Shown here piece after piece: positions 12,230 to 23,497 of a stretch of DNA of 64,000 bases. The DNA comes from Haliotis rubra. Its lineage: Eukaryota. The position numbers and the translations under genes are program-made. The stretch is taken from contig NW_025767079.1 of NCBI RefSeq assembly GCF_003918875.1, positions 5,022,001-5,086,000 on the forward strand, written 5' to 3'. Each line of letters starts with the position of its first letter. The stretch's first letter is position 1. A model generated the notes under the pieces. The model ran no database searches, was not told the origin of the DNA, and saw nothing but the letters and a program-made list of their open reading frames with translations.

Positions 12230-12620
12230 ATAAAATTTCAATATGACCTATTTATTTTAAGATCCATTTTACAAAAACCAAGCTGTACAGATCCAATACT
12301 TTACAATAAGAAGTTCCCCATATTTCCGAGTCACAGCATAAAATAAGTGTGATCAGTGAATAATGTTTTTTTTTATAAAACTGTACAATTAATGTTTCTA
12401 AATTTCTTTTGATTAACTGATAAAAAGGAACCCCATTAAAATACCACTTTAAAGATCTAGGCCCCTCATTTAAAAAAACAACAACTTTAGTTTTCTTTAG
12501 ATTTACTTTCATTCCTCTTTCTTTACAAAATAATTCAAGGGCATTCATCTATTTTCTGCAGTTGAATATGCATGTCTGAAAGAGCGGAAACATCATAAAA
12601 GATAAACGATATCACCGTTT
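12230..12620 (-). mobile_element. LINE reverse transcriptase fragment
   Basis: NALELFCKERGMKVNLKKTKVVVF and SEIWG; similar fragment at 26850-27320. Confidence 0.7.
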
Positions 12621-12657
12621 AATGAATATACAATGTTTTTTACACATTGTGCAATAA

Positions 12658-13715
12658 CGATTGTAGGACAAAAACCCCTGTGGACAAAAGCCCACGAGGA
12701 CTAAAAAACCTTGGACAAAAACCCCAAACATGTTTTAACTACTGAGTGATTGATTTAAGTGACATGTTTTTTAATTGAATCAGTAATAGAGATTGTCAGT
12801 GACAGGGATTAAGAGGCTTCATTAATTAACTTAGTATTTCGTTGTAAACATTATCAAGGGTGAAGCTTCATTATTGATGAGGATTAACGGACTTCAAGAG
12901 AATAAAGAATGTTGTGAATCAACTTAGTATTTAGATATGTACAAATTATTAAGTATTTCAACTCACTATCATATTACAACTGGTAAAAATATATGCTCCA
13001 CAAACTAAGCAGGCAGTAGCATTCCAGCATGGAGATATTGAGGTGATGAGGTGAGGTGAAATTGGGTTTAACGTCGTACTTGAGACTATTTCGCTCATAT
13101 GACGACATGCATGCGTGTGTATGTGTATGTGCGGCTGCTTGTACCAGCCCAGACTGAAGCTGGTTTTATAGTGCTAGCCCACTGAGATACCATCTCGCAG
13201 TGAATCATGAATACCCAACTCTGACACATTATACTGACTCCGATCCGACCAGTCCTTGTTGTACCCATTAATGCCGAGAGCCAGGCAGGGACCAACAAGT
13301 ACCATATTTTAACGTCTTTTGGCATGACGCGGTCGGGGATCGAACCCGCGACCTTCCGCCCTCCGGGCAGACGCACCACGGAGGCGGTCTGGACATATTG
13401 AAGAATAATAAGAGTGGTGTCAAGTTTAGCTACGAAGGTTCTATACAAAGAAGAGCACTGGAAAGTCATACATTCGCTGGGAGTGTAGCCTTCATACAGC
13501 CTTAATCTGTCATGGGGCTATAAAAACATCTTTGACAGTAATTATAGATATGTATCTACCATATTGTATCATTATGTATCTTCCGTATTGCATTTAAAAC
13601 TATATAGTTTATGCTAATTATCATTGGTGCTCATAATATGTGATGTCGGCTAAATAAAATATTGTTTTTTTTGTCCTGTGGGGGTTTTGTCCAAGGCGTT
13701 TTTGTCCTCACGCCG
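12658..13715. mobile_element. Non-autonomous DNA transposon with GGACAAAA subterminal repeats, containing a SINE
   Basis: Arrays of GGACAAAA at the left end and TTTTGTCC at the right end; TAA on both flanks. Confidence 0.65.
13043..13389 (-). mobile_element. SINE family C (tRNA head, CACCT tail)
   Basis: B box GGTTCGATCCC on the - strand; second copy at 44920-45258; imperfect TSD TGGA(G/C)ATATTGA. Confidence 0.85.
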
Positions 13716-13750
13716 TAATAACATGTAGTAGTTACACTATGTAAAAAACA

Positions 13751-13878
13751 GGTTTGTCCAGATAGACGATGGGCGAGCCGGTGGTTATTGACAGTTGAAT
13801 ATTGTGTCTCAGGCTACGCCCTCGACATATTCGGCTGTCAATCAACACCGGCTCGCCCATCGTCTATCTAAACAGACC
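13751..13878. repeat. Long imperfect hairpin, probable end of a palindromic DNA element
   Basis: AGATAGACGATGGGCGAGCCGGTG pairs with CACCGGCTCGCCCATCGTCTATCT. Confidence 0.8.
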
Positions 13879-14608
13879 TCGAGTGATTGGAAAATCTGCG
13901 CGGGATGTTTTAACTTGAAATCATTCTCTGTCACACCGCCGCGATGTCAAGTCACGAGTGGTATACACCTTACATGGTCACAAATAATTGATGAAGATGA
14001 CAATAATAGACTGCAATGGGATGATACAATCAAAGACATTTTGGGGGGCAAACTGCTGAGTTTATGAAAACTCAATCGGTCGTGTTAGATCGGTTGACTC
14101 TGTTGTCAGTATCGAACACAGACGAAGGTGCAAAGTTTCCTGAACTTTAAAACTATACACTTTACTCAGATCATGAAAAATTATGATGTAGACAAGAGCT
14201 CTCGTTTTAGAATGAAGTAACTACTACAAGGTTTACATTCGATTGAGACTGTTTTATGTACGTGGGAACAGTAGGCGTGGCTTGCTAACCTGCAGTGAGC
14301 CCTATCAGATAGCCGCGGTTAAAGGTTACTTCAAGCCGTGGTGTAACTATTAGATAGACCACGGGTAAGATCAAAGGGACCGCCACCAGGGCGTGTTGCC
14401 GGAGCTATGTGCAATCGGTCACATGACTAAAGTAACGTGATCAAGACAAAATGTCGGCTGTCATTCACAACGCATGTCAGAGTCGCCATATTCAACTGTT
14501 CTGTGCTCGGTTGCGTGTAATAGCATTTATATTTAAAAACTGACATGTTTGTTGAAGTCACTTGATCCCTTTTTCATACCCCTTGTTTATTTTTACAGTG
14601 ATCAACAC

Positions 14609-15073
14609 TGTTCGTAACTACTCGTGTCATTCCGACAAGCCGGATGGCGTCTCTTACCCCTCTCGTGGCCATATTTACGACTGGGACCTGACCTGCCCGC
14701 AAACGGGCATGAAGATGAAAATAGTCTACTGCTATTGCCAAGGAAAGATAACCCTGAATTTCCAAACATGGCTTCTAGGATATCCTAATCCCGTGGGCAA
14801 AACAGCAATACAGGCATCCCCTTTGTAAATATGTTTCAGTGTTTAAAGTTGCTGATCCTTTAAATTAGCTCAAAGTTTATGTTTAAACTGTGCTTTTTGG
14901 TTTGCATAGTTTAGCGAAGTTTCAAAGTTCAACGGTGCCGCCATTTTCATGCTTCGAAATGCGTTTTGCTACGCGCGATTTGATTGGTTTGCCACTATTC
15001 TTGGCAATAATGGCGTGCGATCGGGGTACGAGTCTTCTTGTAGGTCACGGAAAGAAGCGAGTAGTTACGAATG
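14609..15073. mobile_element. MITE with TTCGTAACTACTCG termini
   Basis: TIR TTCGTAACTACTCG / CGAGTAGTTACGAA; flanking direct repeat (TG)ATCAACAC(T); related ends near 25005-25032 and 39220-39278. Confidence 0.8.
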
Positions 15074-15489
15074 ATCAACACTATGAGCATCCTTCTACGC
15101 CATTGGTTGTACGATGACACGCGATGGCCAAGTACCTACAGGAATACACATTGGCATTTAGAAATTGGTCAAATCAGGGATACTTTACAACAGCCGGACA
15201 TCTAATACACTCTGGGTCTCAAAGACAATTGGCTTCTTATACACATGACACTATAATGTTACAAGACATCTAATACACTGTGGTTCTTAAAGATACTTGG
15301 CTTCTTATACACATGAGACTATATTGTTTCGCCGTCGACTCACTCACTCTGGCAGTGAGCAAGAAATATATCTGGTCCTCGGCTGACTTATATTTCCGAA
15401 ATGTACAATGTTATATGCCACAGAACAGTATATGTTTTCAACATTCAACAGTTGAATGAACCTACATGTGTTCACGGTATACAATATAG

Positions 15490-18400
15490 TCTAATGTGAA
15501 TAAGAAGCCAAGTGTCTTTAAGACCCAGAGTGTGTTAGATGTCCGGTAACATTATAGTCTCATGTGTATAAGAAGCCAAGTATCTTTAAGACCCACAGTG
15601 TATTAGATGCCCGGTCCCATTATAGTCTCATGTGTATAAGAAGCCAGGTGTCTTTAAGGCCCAGAGTGTATTAGATGTCCGGTAACATTATAGTCTCATG
15701 TGTATAAGAAGCCAAGTGTCTTAAAGGCCCAGAGTGTACTAGATGTCAAGTAACATTATAGTCTCATGTGAATAAGAAGCCAAGCGTCTTTAGAACCCAG
15801 AGTGTATTAGATGTCCGGTAACATTATAGTCTCATGTGTATAAGAAGCCAAGGGTCTTTAAGGCACAGAGTGTATTAGATGTCCGGTAACATTATTGTGT
15901 CATGTGAATAAGAAGCCAAGTGTCTTTAAGACCCACGGTGTATTAGATGTCCGGAAACATTATAGTCTCGTGTGTATAAGAAACCAAGGGTCTTAAAGAA
16001 GCCAAGTGTCTTTAAGTTCCAGAGTGTATAAGAAGTCCGGTAACATTATAGTCTCAGGTGTATAAGAAGTCAAGTATCTTTAAGACCCAGGGTGTATTAA
16101 ATGTCTTGTAACATTATAGTCTCATGTGTAGAAACCAAGAGTCTTTAAGACCCACAGTGTATTAGATGTCCGGCAACATTATAGTCTCATGTGTATAAGA
16201 AGCCAAGTGTGTTTAGGACCACAGTGTATTAGATGTCCGGTAGTCTCTCGTACAGACCCTGAAGCAAATATATCCAAGAAAGCCCACACAAGTCTAGAAA
16301 ATGTGGCAAGTCTAGATTTCCTCAGCGAAGAAGGTCTCAAGGCTCCTTTTCATTATATTTTATATTTTTTTACTATGAACATTTTTCAGTAAAATATGTT
16401 CATTTCAGAGACTAGTTGTTAGTCTAGATGTCCGGTAACATTATAGTCTCATGTGTATAAGAAGCCAAGCGTCTTTAGAACCCAGAGTGTATTAGATGTC
16501 CGGTAACATTATAGTCTCATGTGTATAAGAAGCCAAGCGTCTTTAGAACCCAGAGTGTATTAGATGTCCGATAACATTATAGTCTCATGTGAATAAGAAG
16601 CCAAGTGTCTTTAAGGCCCAGAGTGTATTAGATGTCCGGTAACATTATAGTCTCATGTGAATAAGAAGCCAAGTGTCTTTAAGACCCTGAGTGTATTAGA
16701 TGTCCGGTGACATTATAGTCTCATGTGTATAAGAAGCCAAGTGTCATTAGAACCCAGAGTGTATTAGATGTCTTGTAACATTATAGTCTCATGTGTATAA
16801 GAAGCCAAGCGTCTTTAAGACCCAGAGTGTATTGGATGTCAGGTAACATTATAGTCTCAGGTGTATAAGAAGCCAAGTGTCTTTAGAACCCAGAGTGTAT
16901 TAGATGTCCGGTAACATTATAGTCTCATGTGTATAAGAAGCCAAGAGTCTTTAAGGCCCACAGAGTATTAGATGTCCGGAAACATTATAGTCTCGTGTGT
17001 ATAAGAAGCCAAGGGTCTTTAAGGCCCAGAGTGTATTAGATGTCCGGCAACATTATAGTCTCATGTGTATAAGAAGCCAAGTATCTTTAAGACCCACAGT
17101 GTATTAGATGTCCGGCAACATTATAGTCTCATCTGTATAAGAAGCCAAGTGTCTTTAAGTTCCAGAGTGTATAAGAAGTCCGGTAACATTATAGTCTCAT
17201 GTGTATTAGAAGCCAAGTGTCTTTAAGACCCAGAGTGTGTTAGATGTCCGCTAACATTATAGTCTCATGTGTATGAGAAGCCAAGTGTCTTTAAGACCCA
17301 GAGTGTGTTAGATGTCCGCTTACATTATAGTCTCATGTGTATAAGAAGCCAAGTGTCTTTAAGGCCCAGAGTGTATTAGATGTCCGGAAACATTATAGTC
17401 TCATGTGTATAAGAAACCAAGTGTCTTTAAGGCCCAGAGTGTATTAGATGTCCGGAAACATTATAGTCTCATGTGTATAAGAAACCAAGGGTCTTTAAGA
17501 AGCCAAGTGTCTTTAAGTTCCAGAGTGTATAAGAAGTCCGGTAACATTATAGTCTCAGGTGTATAAGAAGTCCGGTAACATTATAGTCTCATGTGTATGA
17601 GAAGCCAAGTGTCTTTAAGGCCCCGAGTATATTAGATGTCCGGAAACATTATAGTCTCATGTGTATAAGAAGCCAAGTGTCTTTAAGTTCCAGAGTGTAT
17701 TAGATGTCCGGTAACATTATTGTCTCATGTGTATGAGAAGCCACGTGTCTTTAAGACCCAGATAGTACTAGAAGTCCGGCAACATTATAGTCTCAGGTGT
17801 ATAAGAAGTCAAGTATCTTTAAGACCCAGAGTGTATTAGATGTCTTGTAACATTATAGTCTCATGTGTAGAAACCAAGAGTCTTTAAGACCCACAGTGTA
17901 TTAGATGTCCGGCAACATTATAGTCTCATGTGTATAAGAAGCCAAGGGTCTTGAAGACCCACAGTGTATTAGATGCCCGGTCCCATTATAGTCTCATGTG
18001 TATAAGAAGTCAAGTGTCTTTAAGACCCACAGTGTATTAGATGTCCGGTACCATTATAGTCTCATTTGTATAAGAAGCCAAGTGTCTTTAAGACCCACAG
18101 TGTATTAGATGTCCGGAAAGAATATCGTCTCATGTGTATAAGAAGCCAAGTATCTTTAAGAACCACAGTGTATTAGATGTCTTGTAACATTATAGTGTCA
18201 TGTGTATAAGAAGCCAACTGTCTTTAGGACCCAGAGTGTATTAGATGTCCGGCAACATTATAGTCTCATGTGTATAAGAAGCCAAGGGTCTTTAAGACAC
18301 AGAGTGCATTAGATGTCCGGTAACATTATTGCCTCATGGGCATAAGAAGCCAAGTGTCTTTAAGACCTACAGTGTATTAGATGCCCGGTAACATTATAGT

Positions 18401-19085
18401 CTCATGTGTATAAGAAGCCAAGCGTTTTTAAGCCCCAGAGTGTATTAGATGTCCGGTAACATTATAGTCTCGTGTGTATAAGAAGCCAAGCGTCTTTAAG
18501 AGCCAGAGTGTATAAGATGTCCGGTAACATTATAGTCTCATGTGTATAAGAAGCCAAGAGTCTTTAAGGCCCACAGTGTATTAGATGTCCGGTGACATTA
18601 TAGTCTCATGTGTATGAGAAGCCAAGTGTCTTTAGAACCCAGAGTGTATTAGATGTCTTGTAACATTATAGTCTCATGTGTGTAAGAAGCCAAGTGTCAT
18701 TAAGGCCCACAGTGTATTAGATGTCCGGTGACATTATAGTCTCATGTGTATAAGAAGCCAAGTGTCTTTAGAACCCACAGTGTATTAGATGTCTTGTAAC
18801 ATTATAGTCTCATGTGTATCAGAAGCCAAGCGTCTTTAAGACCCAGAGTGTATTGGATGTCAGGTAACATTATAGTCTCATGTGTATAAGAAGCCAAGTG
18901 TCTTTAGAACCCAGAGTGTATTAGATGTCCGGTAACGTTATAGTCTCATGTGTATAAGAAGCCAAGAGTCTTTAAGGCCCAGAGTGTATTAGATGTCCGG
19001 CAACATTATGGTCTAATGTGTATAAGAAGCCAAGTGTCTTTAAGTTCCAGAGTGTATTAGATTTTCCGTTGAACATTATGGTCTA
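15490..19085 (+). repeat. 68-bp satellite array (about 50 units), built from four ~17-bp subunits
   Basis: Consensus GTGTATTAGATGTCCGGTAACATTATAGTCTCATGTGTATAAGAAGCCAAGTGTCTTTAAGACCCAGA; period 68 (e.g. TCCGG at 16431 and 16499). Confidence 0.97.
16241..16426. mobile_element. Short non-autonomous DNA element inserted in the satellite
   Basis: TAGTCTC..GAGACTA inverted motif; GATGTCCGG duplicated on both sides; another copy near 49555-49710. Confidence 0.75.
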
Positions 19086-19285
19086 GTATGCATTAAGAGC
19101 CAAATGCATTTCAGGTCAAGTTTGAAAAAGATACCCGGTGAAGATAATGGTCGAACCTGTATTTAAGGCCCGGTATTTACAAATGTATTGATAGTCCAGT
19201 GTGTATTGAAGGCCTGGTGTGTATTAGAAGCCAAGTGTATATTTAAGGCCCAGTATGTATTAGTAGTCCAGAATGTACTTACCTG

Positions 19286-19402
19286 GGGCCTTATTCTCGA
19301 AACGTTCGTAGCCCTAAGAATTCTTAACTTTGATCGTAGCCAATGTTTTAAGAATGGGCTTAAGAAGTTCGTAGGGCTACGAACGTTTCGAGAATAGCTA
19401 GC
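19286..19402. mobile_element. Harbinger-like MITE (CWG target), left arm only
   Basis: TATTCTCGAAACGTTCGTAGCCCTA / TAGGGCTACGAACGTTTCGAGAATA; flanked by CTG and CAG; empty site near 44652. Confidence 0.8.
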
Positions 19403-20052
19403 CAGGTGTACAATAGTTACGCAGGATGTATTTGTAATCCAGGGTGTACTAGAGGACCAGTATGAAATGGTATTCAAATGTGTATTAGAGACCAAGTGTA
19501 TAGTGGTGAGCCAGTGTGTAGTAATATATGAAAAGGGTCTTTTGGGTTGAATACTTTCTTGCAGAAGTCGGACAGAAATCTATGAAACTAAATACACGAA
19601 TACGATAGATTTATTCCATAACATACTTTAGAGAAACAAACACACCCCTACAAATCCACACTGCAAACACACAGTAAAACAACTGGAGGCAATTCTCAGC
19701 ACTCATAGTGAGTGAGTGAGTTGGGTTTTACGCCGCTTTCAGCAAAGTTCCAGCCATATAACTAATTCAATCATTCCATTTGTTACACCTGTGGCAGTGG
19801 GGTGGGGGATGGGGGTGCCGAAGATCCAGGTTCGATTCCCTACATGGGTACAATGTGTGAAGCCCATTTCTGATGTCCACCGCCGTGATATTGCTGGAAT
19901 ATTGCTGAAAGCAGTGTACATAATCACTCAGTCAGATCAGTCGAACCTGTCTATTTGGGTGTAAAGTTTAGAAACATGACCACCTATTCCAGACCATACC
20001 TGTATTTATCCTGTATTATAAGATTTTGTTCAAATTATCTAAGTCCTGTTTT

Positions 20053-20804
20053 TCACAGTGAACTGTTAATAAGACTTGTAGCGTACAGCTCAAGTACACA
20101 CTGAAAAACGCTTTCCCCATTTTTCAACATGTCCACACATATGGCGCCTGGCTTAGTTTCATGTTCCCAAAAGTCAAGTTCAATGGCATCTCCAAAATTG
20201 CATTCTTTTCTGTACCACATGAAAGCAGATTTAAGTTTTAACGGTTGTAACCCTAAGCCAGACTGGGTTGTCTGCCCTTTGACTAAACCTTCACAGCAAT
20301 ATTTCAAATAATTGGTAAAATGAACATGATGGTTTGCATCTATGTCGCTGTAAGACACTTGCCCTGCAAACACATTGCTTACACGTGATTGGTCAGATGG
20401 CCTCTCAAGAGCACTGAATCTCATTGGCTCGCCTGTGCACAAGTGCCCGTAGGTACTCTTCCATTGCTGGGGAATCTCGACAGGCTTTTTACTGCTTTTG
20501 TCGAGTATTATTGAATTACTTCGATACTTGACCAGTGGAACTGAACCGGATGTCATCACTGTGTCCATGACAATGGTGCTTTTGCCGACGTTGCTGACGG
20601 TGGTGTCTGTACACAGAGGGGCTTTCACAACAGCTTCGTCATGAAGCTGCTCGCTTAAGTCGATTTTTGCAGTCACTACAAACGCATCAGTTTCACCGAA
20701 AAGCTGGTGAAGGCCGAGAAACGACTTCCCGCCGTCTGTTGGATGTATGAGACAAATCTGGGTTGAATCTATGATGTCCATCACGCTCCATGGATGCGGA
20801 GATG
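20053..20804 (-). CDS. Double-HotDog acyl-ACP/acyl-CoA thioesterase-like protein, copy 1, main (last) exon
   Basis: VSYSDIDANHHVHFTNYLKYC resembles the acyl-ACP thioesterase SDxDxNxHVNNxxY motif; TVSNVGKSTI strand motif; YRKECNFGD; acceptor TTCGCAG at 20805. Confidence 0.85.
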
Positions 20805-20974
20805 CTGCGAATATGAAAGGACAATTGACATTACATTCCCTGTATTCTTTGTCTCAGTTAACCACACAAACACACACACACGCACATACACACGCACACA
20901 TATAACCCATGGAAGACATACAGGGTAATACAAACACGTCCGCCAGCGCCTGCGTGTACGAATTCACACATCTC

Positions 20975-21500
20975 ATCTCGTCATCTCACTGGTAACATCT
21001 AGACTCGACTATTGCAGCTCACCCCTAGAGGGCGCCACCAGAGTTCAGCTGTCGAAGTTGCAACGAGTGCAAAATGCAGCTGCTAGAATCGTAACCCGGA
21101 CCAAACCATCTGAACACATCACTCTAGTACTTAAGCAGCTCCACTGGCTACCCATCCAGCACAGAATAATGTTCAAAACTCTCTGCTTTGATTTCAAGGA
21201 TCTAACTGGTCAAGTGCGGCACTACATAACTGAACTGATTCAGCCATACATCCCTGCGAGAATATAACGATCCAAATACAAGTCACTGCTCGTGATCCCT
21301 CCAGTGAGAACGTCCAGCTACGGGAAGAGAACCTTCAAGTATGCTGCCGCAAAGACATGGAACGAACTGCCTGATTGTTTGAAAAACTGTTCAAATCTAC
21401 ATGACTTCAAACGAAGTCTCAAAACTTATCTCTTTAGACTGTCATATCCAGATGACTAGCTTCAGCTCAAGTGACTATGTTTTTAATTCTGTGCGCTTTG
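20975..21500 (+). mobile_element. L2-clade LINE 3' fragment in the thioesterase intron
   Basis: SRLDYC, LQRVQNAAARIVT, LKQLHWLPI, FKRSLKTYLF motifs; mirrored at 42520-43030. Confidence 0.85.
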
Positions 21501-21618
21501 AGAAGTTACTGTGAATGGAAATAGCGCGGTACAAATGGACTATAATAACATGTTCGCAAGCGTATGTACGCTCGCACGCACGCTCGCTCGCACTCAAGTA
21601 CAACGCGGAATCACTCAC

Positions 21619-21716
21619 CGTTTCCATGGAAGTTGGTATACGCGAGTCCAGGAACGATAACTCTACCACAATTAGTCGCCTTTATTATTCTCTCATACCC
21701 AAGCTGCTTAATAATT
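21619..21716 (-). CDS. Thioesterase copy 1, upstream coding exon (IIKQLGYERIIKATNCGRVIVPGLAYTNFHGN)
   Basis: TTTTCAG acceptor, G|GTGAGT donor; splices in frame (phase 1) to give ..FHGNASPHPWSVMDII..; identical in both arms. Confidence 0.75.
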
Positions 21717-22254
21717 CTGAAAATAGAGACAACACTTGAAAATAGAACATGAATTTATTTCGCAGCCTCTAGTGAAACTGGGGCGGTGGGGTGGTCATTT
21801 CTGGTGTCCCCCGCCATGATATTGCTGGAATATTGCTAAAGGCGGCGTAAAACTAAACTCACTCACCCCTGTGAAACTTAATTCAACATAGATCAATGTC
21901 ATTACACTCCAGTGAAATACTGATTTCTAAGTTTCAAAGGTATATATCTTAAAACTAATAAATACATGTTAGGTCACAAACATGATTTCACATTTCCTAA
22001 CAATGATGATAAGAAAAAAACAATACGATGGAAACAGACTGAGCATGTCCAATCAGCAAGAAATTCAAGTTATCTTTGCCACTTAAAAAGGGACGTTTAC
22101 TTCAGTGCGGTGTATTTGTATGTCTCGTGTTCTGCCTGAGTCAACTTCACTGGAATATCTACCTAAATAATCACACGTAAGTAAGTACAAAATAACTTAT
22201 AGCAGCTTGATCTAAGTCGCCAGGCTAGTGATCCAGCGAGATTGAGGTGCCGTT

Positions 22255-22530
22255 GGTATATGACCAGATGGTGGCCACATGAATACGCGCGAACGCCCAG
22301 TTGCGGGTACATCAACGAGCAGTAAACTTGGACTATGTGTCCCAGTCCACCCAGCTGTGAATGGGAACCTTGTAAGGATGGGAAAGCCACACTAACTTGG
22401 TGCGCCTCGTGCCCCAGTGCCGTTGAGATCGATATCCAATGATCGAGGGATCGAGGGAAAACAAAGCGCCTTTGAGCAGCTGAGCTGGATATCGGCGCCT
22501 TACAAATATTAGTATGATGATGATTATACC
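22255..22530 (+). mobile_element. SINE-like family D (CORE-like CCACCCAGCTGTGAATGGG, ATG-repeat tail)
   Basis: Mirrored, longer copy at 41330-41710. Confidence 0.55.
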
Positions 22531-22549
22531 AGCCCCATGAATTAGTGAG

Positions 22550-22947
22550 TGATAAATAGAGAATCTCACCCAAGTGTCTTCTGATATCAATTATATCAAC
22601 ACGAGTTGATAAAGTTACAAATATACGAGGCTTGCCGGGGATATTTTTACTTTTATCAACGAGTGTTGACATATTTTTGATGTCAGAAGACACGAGGGTG
22701 AGATTCTATTTATCATCCAAAATCACTCTTCATTAATTTTCAATGAAAAATGTACATCTCTGAACATGGTACTGCCATTAGACTTGCAGTGCAGCGATGT
22801 CATAGCATTGTGACGTCATCAAGTACATGACGTCATAGCATTGTCAGGGCATTGTACAAAATCTACTGTCAAAACGATATCTCCTAGGAGATATCGTTTG
22901 ATCTCAAACAAGCGATATCTCCTGTGGAACACAGTTTTTGATGATAA
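22550..22947. mobile_element. Long-hairpin non-autonomous element 1 (Crypton-like), left arm only
   Basis: Hairpin 22551-22714; bounded by TGATAA direct repeats; absent at the paralogous site near 41300. Confidence 0.7.
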
Positions 22948-23344
22948 TATACAATTATAGACTCTTGTAGAGGTCGATGTCGGTTTTTATTGACCTGAGA
23001 AAAACAATATCGACCAAGCTTGCGAGGTCGATATTGTTTTTCTCAGGTCAAAAAACCCCCGATATCGACCTCTACTAGAGTCTATAATCGTTTTATTATA
23101 TAATGAAAGAGAAACGGGTTTTAACATAAACTTTTAATGCACACACTGTGCCATCTATCCGAGTGATCTGACTGGCTGAAAAGCGGGGGAAGCCCCTTCG
23201 TACGGGATTCCTTGTCTATTTTTAGTAACCCAAGTCAATATCGTAATTTATCAGAAAACTCAAGTCAATATCGTGTTTTGTAGTCAATCATGTGACGGTA
23301 TTTTGACCAATCGTGGTACAGGAAAAATACTACCTATATAATAA
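22948..23344. mobile_element. Long-hairpin non-autonomous element 2 (Crypton-like), left arm only
   Basis: Hairpin 22954-23088; ends TATATAATAA; absent from the right arm. Confidence 0.7.
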
Positions 23345-23497
23345 TTAGTTTTACGCCACTTTCAGCAGTATTCAAAGAATATCACGGCGGGGTACACCAG
23401 ATATGGGCTTCACACATTGTACCCATGTGGGGAATCGAATCCGGCTTATCAGCGTCACGATCGAACACTTTAACCACTAAGCTACCCGACCGCCCCC
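23341..23497 (-). mobile_element. SINE family B copy
   Basis: Paralogous to 41147-41315; its tail is split by the hairpin elements. Confidence 0.85.

Noticed and set aside
15490-19085. CRISPR-like array
   Set aside because: Head-to-tail units with no unique spacers and no cas genes, in eukaryotic context; it is a satellite.
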